A stretch of DNA of 62,828 nucleotides, the filler included, from Candidatus Woesearchaeota archaeon (GTDB lineage: Archaea; Nanobdellota; Nanobdellia; Woesearchaeales; GCA-2687795): NCBI GenBank assembly GCA_030753365.1. It is 7 parts of 7 records of this genome, joined end to end, with 100 filler letters (N's around TTAATTAATTAA, not from the genome) between each part and the next. Parts side by side here need not be neighbours in the genome. Positions count along the whole stretch, not along the records: positions 45,507 to 62,828 come from JASMCJ010000038.1; 6 more parts are not named here. One strand, given 5' to 3'. The position numbers and the translations under genes are program-made. The notes below the pieces were generated by a model, which saw only the letters and a program-made list of their open reading frames with translations, ran no database searches and was not told the DNA's origin. This document shows, piece by piece, positions 48,934 through 58,729 of this stretch (position 1 is the stretch's first letter; every line of letters begins with the position of its first letter).

Positions 48934-51486
48934 TTATTTTATATTAACCAAAGCAACCTGACTCAGCAATGCTTCTAGTTGAATAAACTCATCAGAACCC
49001 TCAGTCATCCTAAACTCTATCTCACCGCATTTATCAATAAGAACCATCTTTTTACTGCTATCAATCTCAAGATTAAGAATCTCTGCCTGAACCTGCTTAA
49101 TAACATCCAGACCTGAAAGCCCATATCCAAGCATAATATCCAACATCTTATTCCTTGCATCCATAAACTTATTCTCCAATGCCAGCTTCAACGCTTCATT
49201 AATCTCCTTAGGCTTTGCAACCGATGCAAGCGTATAAATAGTCTCTTCCTTAATCTCTTTACCCAGTGCTGCGCAGCTCTGCAATATATTCTCAACCCTT
49301 CTGCAATCTCCGCTGCTAACCTCAAACAATGCCTGCTTTGCCTTATCATCTATAACAAGCTCTTCTTCCTTCGATATCTTATCAATAACCTCAAGAATAT
49401 CTTCTTGTTTAAGCGGCTTAAACTTAAACACAGCGCACCTGCTCTGTATAGGGTCAACAATCTTGCTTGACCAATTACAACTAAGTATAAATCTAGTAGT
49501 TTTAGTATAATTCTCCATAGTTCTCCTAAGAGCCTGCTGCGCTTCCCTTGTCAACGCATCGCAATTATGAACAACAATGTTGTTCGCTACAAATCTTCTA
49601 TTTTCAGTTGAAAGACAATATACATATTTAGGATCTTCTATCTTCTCAATAGATGTCAGATAATGATATGCAGAATCTCCTACTTTTAGATTTTCTTTCC
49701 ATTCTTTGAAGTGAGGAGTAGGTCTAAATTTATATACATACTTACCTAAGCCTTTTTTCCATTCCAAATATCTTATTACATCTTTAGAAGTGTTTTTCTT
49801 ATAGGAACAATACCTGTATCCTACTTCTGTAAGAAATTTATATATGTTTTCCGTAGAATTAGTTATCCAAATTCTTCCTTCAACTGTCTTTGTTTTATCT
49901 TTCCTTATAGATTTATAACCTGGGCATATCCTATATTTGGTTTTTATACCAAAGTCATTGAATAATTGTTCAATTTGTTTTAAGTATTCGATTAAATTAG
50001 CCTTTAAATCTTCTCTTTTGGATATACCAACTGTAATGGGTTTGACTGTCCTTCCTTGAAACTTGGGCTCGTACCCATCTCCACCCAAAAATGCTGCTAG
50101 AAATTCCGCTTTGATTGAATTATCTCCTTCCATTATCCATTGAGGTATTTTTACAAGATTATCTGTTTTTTTACCTACTGGTGCACCTAAAGAATAAAAT
50201 AAACTTAACAATTCTAATTTATACGCGCCAAATGACCAACACTCGCCGTTCTTCCATTTTGAATGCCTTATATTGCCTAATGCATAATATCCTAGCTTAT
50301 TAATATCACTTTTTATCTCCCTCAGATCTTCATCTTTTCCAGAAAAGAAAAGCTGTTTTGCTTTAAGAGTTAAACACCCATCACTGAAAAGGTGACCAAG
50401 AATTCTTGCGCAAATTTTAGCTTTTTCTATCTTTAAAGGATACAGTCCTTTATTCTTTAATTGAGTTAATATATACTCTTGGTTAGAATTATTTTGGATT
50501 CTTTTTACCATATAAAGTTTGTCTAGTGAACTCGCTATATCATCTTTTTTTAAAGTGTACTTGTTTTCTTCCTTTTTTATAATTCCGTGTTTTGTTAATG
50601 GAATATAGTATGGATTATCTTTATTGCTTAGAATTGAAGTTATCTTCGAAGTGCTGACTTTGCTTTCTTTAGTTATTTCTTCTCTTGTTAGTCCTTGAGG
50701 AGATTTACCTAATAATTCGATGATCTCTTTTTCAGGGGATTTTGCTATATACTTTTCTTTTTTCTTTATTTCCTGGCATAAACCTATTAGATTATAATTA
50801 ATTACCTTAAGTTCAGAATGATTTAAAGCTTTAAGAGTTGGTTTAACCTGAGGGCATAATACTAACTCTTTTATTTTAAGCTGATCAACTCTTTTCCATC
50901 CATCTATTGTTAAAAATTCGTGATTTCCGGTTGCTAGAATTTCTTTATCATGAATTTTGATCTTATAAAATCCTTGACTTGATTGGTGTGGTATTTTCAT
51001 AACATTCAATATATTCTGGAAAATAGTATCACCATTATCACCTATTGAAAGAATTTTGTACTCTTCAAAATCATAATTAGTAACAAAATCACCTATTTTA
51101 ACATTTACATTCTCATTTTTTGATTTTACAACTATTTCTGAATTGTAATCTAAACACTCATCAAGATAAATAATCTTAAAAGGCACATCTCCAATAGCCC
51201 TTGTCCTTGCAAAATCCTTAACTTGATTCCTTATAACGTCAATACCTCTCTGGTCACTTGCATTCAACTCCAAGAAATTCTGCTTCCAATTCCCATCCCC
51301 AAACATCTTCTTAGCTATAACAAGCGAAAGCGATGTCTTTCCACAGCCTGCAGGCCCTGAAAACATCAAATGCGGCATATTTCCCTGTTCAACAAACGCC
51401 TTTACTTTGCTCACTATATCATCCTGTCCTTTAATATCAGAGAAATCAGAAGGCCTATACTTTTCAGTCCAAATAGTGCTTGTCAT
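48934..51486 (-). CDS. rfcS: Replication factor C small subunit containing an intein
   Basis: WTEKYRP, GPAGCGKT, ELNASD, IIYLDE/CDALT (split), PIQSRC. Confidence 0.96.
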   Translation of the reverse strand: MTSTIWTEKYRPSDFSDIKGQDDIVSKVKAFVEQGNMPHLMFSGPAGCGKTSLSLVIAKKMFGDGNWKQNFLELNASDQRGIDVIRNQVKDFARTRAIGDVPFKIIYLDECLDYNSEIVVKSKNENVNVKIGDFVTNYDFEEYKILSIGDNGDTIFQNILNVMKIPHQSSQGFYKIKIHDKEILATGNHEFLTIDGWKRVDQLKIKELVLCPQVKPTLKALNHSELKVINYNLIGLCQEIKKKEKYIAKSPEKEIIELLGKSPQGLTREEITKESKVSTSKITSILSNKDNPYYIPLTKHGIIKKEENKYTLKKDDIASSLDKLYMVKRIQNNSNQEYILTQLKNKGLYPLKIEKAKICARILGHLFSDGCLTLKAKQLFFSGKDEDLREIKSDINKLGYYALGNIRHSKWKNGECWSFGAYKLELLSLFYSLGAPVGKKTDNLVKIPQWIMEGDNSIKAEFLAAFLGGDGYEPKFQGRTVKPITVGISKREDLKANLIEYLKQIEQLFNDFGIKTKYRICPGYKSIRKDKTKTVEGRIWITNSTENIYKFLTEVGYRYCSYKKNTSKDVIRYLEWKKGLGKYVYKFRPTPHFKEWKENLKVGDSAYHYLTSIEKIEDPKYVYCLSTENRRFVANNIVVHNCDALTREAQQALRRTMENYTKTTRFILSCNWSSKIVDPIQSRCAVFKFKPLKQEDILEVIDKISKEEELVIDDKAKQALFEVSSGDCRRVENILQSCAALGKEIKEETIYTLASVAKPKEINEALKLALENKFMDARNKMLDIMLGYGLSGLDVIKQVQAEILNLEIDSSKKMVLIDKCGEIEFRMTEGSDEFIQLEALLSQVALVNIK
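49564..51156 (-). mobile_element. Intein (531 aa) in the RFC Walker B motif, with LAGLIDADG endonuclease and an extra HTH-like insert
   Basis: CLDYNS start, ATGNHEF block B, ILGHLFSDG and FLAAFLGGDG, VVHN followed by Cys. Confidence 0.95.
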
Positions 51487-51539
51487 AAAAAAGAAATATC
51501 AGGGTTATTAATAAATATATAGGTAATAAAAAAATAAAA

Positions 51540-51803
51540 TTAAATAATATCTTCCTCAGAAATAACCATAAAATCTCCAGTAGCCAGAACAGCGCTGAAA
51601 GGAATCAAGATTTCTCCATCCTTATTCTTCTCAAGCTCAAGCTTGTCGATATAAGTTGTAGGGCTGCTTAATACAATATGAATAAGCTCACCGCTCCTTG
51701 TCTCAAAAATAAGATCTCCCACTTCACCAAACCTTTTACCGGTCTTACTCACAACCGTTTTCCCTATAAGTTGTTTTGAAAACTTTTTTTCTTCTTCTGC
51801 CAT
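51540..51803 (-). CDS. PRC-barrel domain protein
   Basis: LIGKTVVSKTGKRFGEVGDLIFETRSGEL..IPFSAV..GD. Confidence 0.9.
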   Translation of the reverse strand: MAEEEKKFSKQLIGKTVVSKTGKRFGEVGDLIFETRSGELIHIVLSSPTTYIDKLELEKNKDGEILIPFSAVLATGDFMVISEEDII

Positions 51804-51894
51804 ATTTCCCCCTCTCCTGTTAGTTAAATAAATGATGAACGAATTTATATATAAACTTTTCTATAGTAAAGGCTTCATCAAAATAACCTATCAT

Positions 51895-52959
51895 CTAATA
51901 ATTCACCTTATACCTCAAAATAGCCCCTATACCACCCAAACCATCAAGTTTCTTCCCAGCTTCATTATCACTGCTAATAATAAAAACCTCTCCCTTAATC
52001 TGCTCTGTAACCTTCATCAACTCTTCAATTTCCTGATACTTATCATCTTGCCTGCTCTTCTGTATCAATGAATCAGTAACCATCAGCATAGCCACAGCTC
52101 CGCTATTAACAGCTTCCTTAACCTCTTTCAAACCATATGCAGCCAGATTATCCTTTGAAATCTCCTTAAAAAGTTCTTCAACAAGTCCTAGCTCCTTTGC
52201 AACCCTCTCCTTTTGTAATATACCTCTCACTTCTGCTCTCTTTAAAACCTCATTAACCCCGGATTTGCCTGTGTCAGAACATGTAGCCAGAACAATCTTC
52301 TTCTTAATCTCCTCATCCTTAATCACCTTAAAAACATCCTCCTTCCAGAAAGCAGGCGATGCAAGAACAATATTCCTTGCCTTATACCTTTCATTATACT
52401 CTTCAATCTTGCTTACAATATCTGCATAAAACGTATTCTTCACATTAACTCCTTCAACCTTCTTGCTAACATCACCCTTCAAATGGCTAAGCATCCTATA
52501 CCCCTGCTTCTTAAGCAACGCAAAATCCGCTTCCTCCCTATCAAACACACAAATAAGAACATCCGGAGACTTCTTCTCTTTAGCCTCCTTCAGCCTGTCA
52601 AGCTGAAACTTAGGCCAATTCTCTTTAATAATAGACACCACCTTATTCTCTTCAACATTAAACGTATGATAACTACTCTTCTGCACAATCTCTGGTCCCT
52701 CAACAATCGTGCCAGAAACCCTCAAAATATCAGAATACTTATGAAACTCAATCTTTTCAACCTTAATAGAAATAAGCACTTGCTTCTTTGAAACCTTCTG
52801 CGTTCTATCTTCAGCCTCGCCAATCTTTATCTTCCTAACAGTTCTGCCTTTAACAATATCTCCTGGCTCAATCATCTGGCTAAGATACCATAAATCATCC
52901 AAGGTTTTAACCTTAACAGTAACCAATCCTTTCCTAAGATTCTGTGTAATTATGTCCAT
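51895..52959 (-). CDS. pelA: Pelota / aDom34 ribosome rescue factor
   Basis: DDLWYL, LRVSGTI, YHTFNV, AAYGLKEV, LDGLGGIGAILRY. Confidence 0.96.
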   Translation of the reverse strand: MDIITQNLRKGLVTVKVKTLDDLWYLSQMIEPGDIVKGRTVRKIKIGEAEDRTQKVSKKQVLISIKVEKIEFHKYSDILRVSGTIVEGPEIVQKSSYHTFNVEENKVVSIIKENWPKFQLDRLKEAKEKKSPDVLICVFDREEADFALLKKQGYRMLSHLKGDVSKKVEGVNVKNTFYADIVSKIEEYNERYKARNIVLASPAFWKEDVFKVIKDEEIKKKIVLATCSDTGKSGVNEVLKRAEVRGILQKERVAKELGLVEELFKEISKDNLAAYGLKEVKEAVNSGAVAMLMVTDSLIQKSRQDDKYQEIEELMKVTEQIKGEVFIISSDNEAGKKLDGLGGIGAILRYKVNY

Positions 52960-53009
52960 TTTTCTATAAAACAAAAGCTTTATATATAAAATTATTTACT
53001 AAACAACTA

Positions 53010-54215
53010 ATGTTCAGCAAAAAAAGAGCCCAAGTAAGTCCTGGAGGGCAAGCTGCCACGCTAGTTGGACTAATATTAGTAATAATTCTCTTTTATATAG
53101 TCTTTCTTCCACCCTCAGAAAGGGAAGCTTTGTTAGAAAGCAAAGGAATAGATGATACTGATGAAGACCCCGATGATGAAGACGGAAACATAACCATTCT
53201 TTCAGAAGCGGTTGGAACTCTCTCTTATTTAGGCAAAGGTAAAGTAGAAACCACAATCCCAAACATCTACCTCTCTGAAACCACAAGCGCAGAAGAGCTT
53301 GTAACATTCAACCCATTCTATATAAGAAACGGCTGGTTTGACAAAAAACCTAAAACCATAGACTTCAAGCTAAGCAATCTGGAAAACACTGCTAATGTCA
53401 TACTATCCTTCAAAGCAAGAACTCACAGGGGCATCTTAACAATAAAATTAAACGATAGGGTAATCTATGATTACAATGTTGCTAGGCTTGACGTTGAACC
53501 TATAAAGCTCAACAAAGAATACTTAAAAGCTGAAAACATTTTAGAATTCACTGTATCTCCTGTAGGCATAAAATTCTGGAGAACAAACGAATACAGTTTG
53601 GAAGGCATAAGAATCCTTGCTGACATAACAGATCTAAGCAGGCAGAAATCCCAAAACATCTTCACTCTCACAAGCGGAGAATACCAAAACATAGAAAAAT
53701 CAACAATAAGGTTAATACCTTACTGCGATGTCCAGGAAGATGTTGGCATCTTAAACATAGACGTAAACAACCACAACATCTATTCATCCACCCCAGTATG
53801 CGATGATCCTATAGTACAGGAATTTTCCTCTGACATAGTAAACATTGGCGAAAACAATATCATCTTTAAATCTAATAGAGGCTCATACTCAGTTGAACAG
53901 GTAAGACTAACCTTTGACCTAAAAGAAGCCAAATCTGTAACATACTTCTTTGAGCTTGAGCAGGAAGACTATGATGACATCAACGATGAAGAGAAAAGTG
54001 CATGGTTAAAGCTAAAATTCGTTGATGATGAAGAAAACAAGGAAGCTGAAATCAGCATAAATGGTCACAGAACCCAAGTTGACCAGACAAGGCAAACCTA
54101 CACAAGAAGAATAGACCACTGGGTAAAATCTGGCAACAACTATGTCACCATCAAGCCAAAAAGCCTTCTAAAGATAGTAAGTTTGGATATATACACAGGA
54201 GACTTTGAAGAGTAA
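53010..54215 (+). CDS. Hypothetical membrane-anchored extracellular protein with class III-like signal
   Basis: MFSKKRA/Q, TM helix, LPPSEREALL, beta-rich repeats. Confidence 0.8.
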   Translation: MFSKKRAQVSPGGQAATLVGLILVIILFYIVFLPPSEREALLESKGIDDTDEDPDDEDGNITILSEAVGTLSYLGKGKVETTIPNIYLSETTSAEELVTFNPFYIRNGWFDKKPKTIDFKLSNLENTANVILSFKARTHRGILTIKLNDRVIYDYNVARLDVEPIKLNKEYLKAENILEFTVSPVGIKFWRTNEYSLEGIRILADITDLSRQKSQNIFTLTSGEYQNIEKSTIRLIPYCDVQEDVGILNIDVNNHNIYSSTPVCDDPIVQEFSSDIVNIGENNIIFKSNRGSYSVEQVRLTFDLKEAKSVTYFFELEQEDYDDINDEEKSAWLKLKFVDDEENKEAEISINGHRTQVDQTRQTYTRRIDHWVKSGNNYVTIKPKSLLKIVSLDIYTGDFEE

Positions 54216-54899
54216 TCAATCAATCACAGTACCTTTAAATACTTTATCTTCTAAGAAATTATTAAAATTATCCAACTCAGTCCCTTTCATAATCACAACT
54301 TTAAGCCCAACCTTCTCAGCCTCCTTAGAAGCAACCGGATCAAAAGGCAAATTCATTCCCGCCTTCCACTCATTCCCAACAATCTTTCTAAACTCTTTCC
54401 ATGAAACCTTCTCCAGCTTCCTAGCATCCTTAAACTTATTAGGATCTTTATCATAAACATACTCAATATTAGACAAGTTAACTAAAGTATCAGCCTTCAC
54501 ATTCTTAGCAAACAGCACAGCATCCATATCAGATGAACATCCTGGCTGCCATCCGCATCCAACAATAATCCTCTTATCAGTATCAACCTTCTTAGTAGGA
54601 TTAACTGCAACCCTCTCATAAGCATGTTCAGAGAAGATAGCTCTCACAAGCTCAGCATTCAATCTTGTAGCCATAATTCCAACCCAATCATTATCAATAG
54701 CTTTAACATCAGTAATCTTTCCTGCAGACTCAATATACCTTCTGCACACCTTCCCTCCACCAGTAATAATCACAACTTTATTATCTTCCTTAACATAGTC
54801 AAGCATAAGCTTCCTAAACCTCTTAAGAAAACTTTCATCAATCTTATCAGGCACAATAATTGAGCCACCAAGTGAAATCACAAGCGTTTTATTATCCAT
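54216..54899 (-). CDS. pyrH: UMP kinase (archaeal type)
   Basis: ISLGGS, TGGG..R.YI, ATRLNA, VYDKDP, PFDPVA. Confidence 0.95.
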   Translation of the reverse strand: MDNKTLVISLGGSIIVPDKIDESFLKRFRKLMLDYVKEDNKVVIITGGGKVCRRYIESAGKITDVKAIDNDWVGIMATRLNAELVRAIFSEHAYERVAVNPTKKVDTDKRIIVGCGWQPGCSSDMDAVLFAKNVKADTLVNLSNIEYVYDKDPNKFKDARKLEKVSWKEFRKIVGNEWKAGMNLPFDPVASKEAEKVGLKVVIMKGTELDNFNNFLEDKVFKGTVID

Positions 54900-54986
54900 A
54901 AAATTCTAATTAATCTTTTTTTATAAAAACTTTTCTAACTCAGCTCAATAACAACCTTTTTATATTCACCTAGATTGCTTTTTTTC

Positions 54987-56687
54987 ATGCAAGACCTACT
55001 AAAAAAGGTAGCCAAAAAAACAGAGGGCAGCGAATTCTACAACTACATCCCTGAAGGCTACACTCCTGGCAAAACCAAATACATCATAATCACAGGCTCA
55101 GTAATCTCCGGCGTAGGCAAAGGCACATTCAGCTCCTGCCTGGGCAGTATGCTAAGACTATTCAACAGCTACGAAATAGTCCCCTTAAAATTTGAATGCT
55201 ACGTCAACTACGACTCAGGAACCTTAAACCCCTTCAGGCACGGCGAAGTCTTTGTGTTAGATGACGGCACAGAAACAGACCTTGATTTAGGAACATACGA
55301 AAGAATGCTCAACAAAAACCTCACAAAATCCAGCTTTGTCACCATGGGCAAAGTCTTCAAAACAATCATAGACAAAGAGCGCGCAGGAGACTACCTTGGT
55401 AGAGACGTAGAATTCATCCCTCATGTAACCGGCGAAATAAAAAACTTCGCAAGAAAACTCGCCCTAAAATCAAAATCTGACATAGTCCTAATAGAAATAG
55501 GCGGCACAGTAGGGGAAATCCAAAACTCCATCTACCTTGAAGCAATGAGAGAACTAGCTTATGAAGAAGGCAGAGAAAACGTCTGCTTCATCAATGTAAC
55601 CTATGTCCTCCAGCCAAACTCTCTGGGAGAACAAAAAAGCAAAGCCGCCCAATTAGGTATCAAAGCTTTGATGAGCATCGGCATCCAGCCGGACATAATA
55701 GTCTGCAGGTCTGAAAATCCCATCACAGACAAAATTAAAGAAAAAATCAGCATCTACTCAAACGTCCCAGTCTCAAGAACCATCGGCTTCCATGACACAA
55801 GAAACATCTACAAATTTCCTTTAACCTTAAAAGAAAAAGGCATAGACTGTGCAATCTTTGACATCTTAAACCTCAAACCAGGTCAGCCTCACTCAGATAT
55901 AAAAGACTGGAAAAACCTCCTAACAAAGATAGACTCTCCTAAAAAGCAACTAACAATAGGCATAGCCGGCAAATACACAAACGTGCACGACTCTTACATG
56001 AGCATTCTAAAAGCTTTAGAACACACCGCCCCTTACAGCAACGCATCCATCAACATCAAATGGATAGAAACCATGGACATAGAAACCGGTAAAACCTCAG
56101 TTGAAGAAGCCATGAAAGATATTGACGGCATGATAGTCCCTGGCGGCTTCGGAAAAAGAGGCGCAGAAGGCAAAATAGCATGCATAAAATATCTAAGAGA
56201 AAACAACATCCCTTACCTAGGCCTATGCTTCGGCTTCCAAATGGCAGTCATAGAATATGCAAGAAACGTATGCAACATACAAGAAGCCAACTCAACCGAA
56301 ATTGAGCCAGACTGCAAAGACCCAGTAATAGACATCCTCCCTGAGCAAAAAGAAATAGAAGGTCTTGGAGGTAACATGCGTTTAGGTTCTTATCCTGCAA
56401 TCCTAACCAAAGGAAGCAAAATCTTCAGTCTATACAACCAAGAAAAGATAGACGAACGCCACCGCCACAGATATGAAGTAAACAACAAATACTTAGAAAT
56501 CTTAGAAAAAAATGGTCTTATCTTCTCAGGCAAATCACCAAAAGGAAGCCTAATGGAATTCCTTGAACTCCCCAACCACAAATTCTTCATAGGCACTCAG
56601 GCCCATCCCTGCTTCAAATCAAAGCCAACCAGTCCAAGCCCTGTCTTTCATGGGTTCATCAAAGCAGCATTAGAACATTCTAACTAA
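54987..56687 (+). CDS. pyrG: CTP synthase
   Basis: GSVISGVGKG, HGEVFVLDDGTETDLDLG, PGGFG, GLCFG, ERHRHRYE. Confidence 0.97.
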   Translation: MQDLLKKVAKKTEGSEFYNYIPEGYTPGKTKYIIITGSVISGVGKGTFSSCLGSMLRLFNSYEIVPLKFECYVNYDSGTLNPFRHGEVFVLDDGTETDLDLGTYERMLNKNLTKSSFVTMGKVFKTIIDKERAGDYLGRDVEFIPHVTGEIKNFARKLALKSKSDIVLIEIGGTVGEIQNSIYLEAMRELAYEEGRENVCFINVTYVLQPNSLGEQKSKAAQLGIKALMSIGIQPDIIVCRSENPITDKIKEKISIYSNVPVSRTIGFHDTRNIYKFPLTLKEKGIDCAIFDILNLKPGQPHSDIKDWKNLLTKIDSPKKQLTIGIAGKYTNVHDSYMSILKALEHTAPYSNASINIKWIETMDIETGKTSVEEAMKDIDGMIVPGGFGKRGAEGKIACIKYLRENNIPYLGLCFGFQMAVIEYARNVCNIQEANSTEIEPDCKDPVIDILPEQKEIEGLGGNMRLGSYPAILTKGSKIFSLYNQEKIDERHRHRYEVNNKYLEILEKNGLIFSGKSPKGSLMEFLELPNHKFFIGTQAHPCFKSKPTSPSPVFHGFIKAALEHSN

Positions 56688-58101
56688 CCTTCTTACCAAC
56701 TCTTTCTCTCAACACAACTTTTGCAGCGCTAATAAACTCTTCCTCCTTCTCAAAAGGAATAATCGCGCCTGCCGCCAATGGATGCCCTCCAGCCTCTCCA
56801 AAACCAACCCTCTCAACAACATCCGTAACAACCTGTCTCAAATCAACACCTTCGTGCTCATCTTTTCCCCCAATCCTCAAAGAAACCTTTGTATTATTCT
56901 CCTCCTTCGTCCTAGCCAGCCCCATAATATAAGTCCCCTCTTCAACATCATTAGACCTGGACAAAATAGAAGCAATAGTCCCAATAATCGTATAAAGCAC
57001 TTCATCCTTTGCATTAATAATCATAAATCCTTTCTCTCTAAAAACATCCTTAGACTCCTTACTCCCTTCATACCACTTCAACGCTTTAACAATCTCTTTC
57101 TTATAATCAGTAAGATTCTTAATCGCTCTCTTCTTAGACTTCTCATCCCCCAAACAAACACCAATCCCCAAAGAAGCCTTGCTAAGCCTGCCACACGAAT
57201 TCAACAGTGTAGAAAACTCCTTAGCATCCCTCAAAGGAGACTCATCAACCTCTTCAACAAGCGTATACACATTACCCAAAACATCAGATGGGTTCTTCTC
57301 ATTAATTCTCTTCATAATAATCCCAGACACCAGCCTCTTCATCTCCTCCTCATTAAGATGAATAATCTTCTTCCAATCCTTCCCATTCATAGGCTCAATC
57401 CCCATCTCATTAAGAAACTGAATAGTCCCTGACTCAGAGCCAGTCACATCAGGAATATATGGATTACTGCAATACTCCAACACCTTATGAATCGGTTTAG
57501 TCTGTATTCCAAAAACTCTCAATCCTCTACTCACCTTAATCTTATTATTCAACAATGCAACCTCAAGAATACTATTATTCAGTTCAAGAAAACCATTATC
57601 CTCCTGAACATCACCGACTGCACCAATCACTGCAACATGCGCCATATCAGACTCTATCTTCTTACTCAACAAAGAACAAAAAAGATAAACCACTCCTGCT
57701 CCTGAAATCTCTTTGCCTCCATCAATACCAAAAAGATTAGGATTCATATGATTCACCGCAATCTCCTTCTCTTCAATCTCATGATGATCTAAAACAAAAA
57801 ACTTCTTATCTCCTAACAACTCTTTAATATTACTAAACTGCGCACTCCCTAAATCAGTAAACACAAACGTATTATAATCCTCCTTAGCAAGTTCCTTTAA
57901 CACCTTCTCATTCAACTGCTGTATAATAGAAACAGAATACCTCCTATTCTCAGAAGTCAACAATTTTATTAAAATAGAACATGCACAAATGCCATCACAA
58001 TCCAAATGAGAAACAATCCTTACAACATCATTATTATCTAGTCTCTTAAATTCTTCAGCGCCTTCCTTAAGATGCTCCTTAAAAAGTTCGTACTTATCCA
58101 C
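56680..58101 (-). CDS. DHH/DHHA1 phosphoesterase (archaeal RecJ/GAN-like)
   Basis: SHLDCDG, FTDLG, LDHH, GAVGD, GGHPLAAGA; adjacent to uS15. Confidence 0.9.
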   Translation of the reverse strand: MDKYELFKEHLKEGAEEFKRLDNNDVVRIVSHLDCDGICACSILIKLLTSENRRYSVSIIQQLNEKVLKELAKEDYNTFVFTDLGSAQFSNIKELLGDKKFFVLDHHEIEEKEIAVNHMNPNLFGIDGGKEISGAGVVYLFCSLLSKKIESDMAHVAVIGAVGDVQEDNGFLELNNSILEVALLNNKIKVSRGLRVFGIQTKPIHKVLEYCSNPYIPDVTGSESGTIQFLNEMGIEPMNGKDWKKIIHLNEEEMKRLVSGIIMKRINEKNPSDVLGNVYTLVEEVDESPLRDAKEFSTLLNSCGRLSKASLGIGVCLGDEKSKKRAIKNLTDYKKEIVKALKWYEGSKESKDVFREKGFMIINAKDEVLYTIIGTIASILSRSNDVEEGTYIMGLARTKEENNTKVSLRIGGKDEHEGVDLRQVVTDVVERVGFGEAGGHPLAAGAIIPFEKEEEFISAAKVVLRERVGKKVS

Positions 58102-58126
58102 TTTACCTTATCTCATCTAACTATAA

Positions 58127-58582
58127 TTATTCAATATACAAGTTAATCTTCTTTGGCTCAAACTTCCAGCTAAAAGGCAGCTTCTTAGTTCTCTTATAAT
58201 ACTTAACCAATCTCTTAATCTTAGACTCAGTAAGCTGCAACCCTCTCAATGCACTCTTATCATGCTTATTATTCTCCATATGCTTCTTTTCCTTTATAGC
58301 CTTCTTAATCAAAGCCATTAAATCTTCTGGAAGCTCTTTCAATAACTTATTCTCTTCCAATATTTTAGTAATCTTTTTCTTTGTAACAATAGAAACATCA
58401 GGAATTCCATAAGTATCTCTAAGTATAATACCTATCTTAGAAGGGCTATTACCTTCCTTAGCAAGCTTCTTAACCAGTATCTCAGCTTCCTTAGCCTTAT
58501 ACTTTGACCATGTAGGTATAATCTTCTTTGAAGGCTTAGTAGAGCCTGCTTTTCCCAGTTTTCTTGAATGCATACGTGCCAT
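58127..58582 (-). CDS. rps15: 30S ribosomal protein uS15
   Basis: MARMHSRK.G, PSKIGIILRD.YGIP, LPEDL, GLQLTESKIKRLVKYYK. Confidence 0.97.
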   Translation of the reverse strand: MARMHSRKLGKAGSTKPSKKIIPTWSKYKAKEAEILVKKLAKEGNSPSKIGIILRDTYGIPDVSIVTKKKITKILEENKLLKELPEDLMALIKKAIKEKKHMENNKHDKSALRGLQLTESKIKRLVKYYKRTKKLPFSWKFEPKKINLYIE

Positions 58583-58729
58583 TTTCAAATCAATTATATT
58601 ATAAGGAAACAAAGAAATATCTTCTTGTCTCCAGTATAGGTCAGTTGTTAAAACCATCCTATCTCTCGATAAATATTAAAAAACCAGCCAGCCTTTATAA
58701 AGATTTTGGTATAAACATATCTAAAACCC

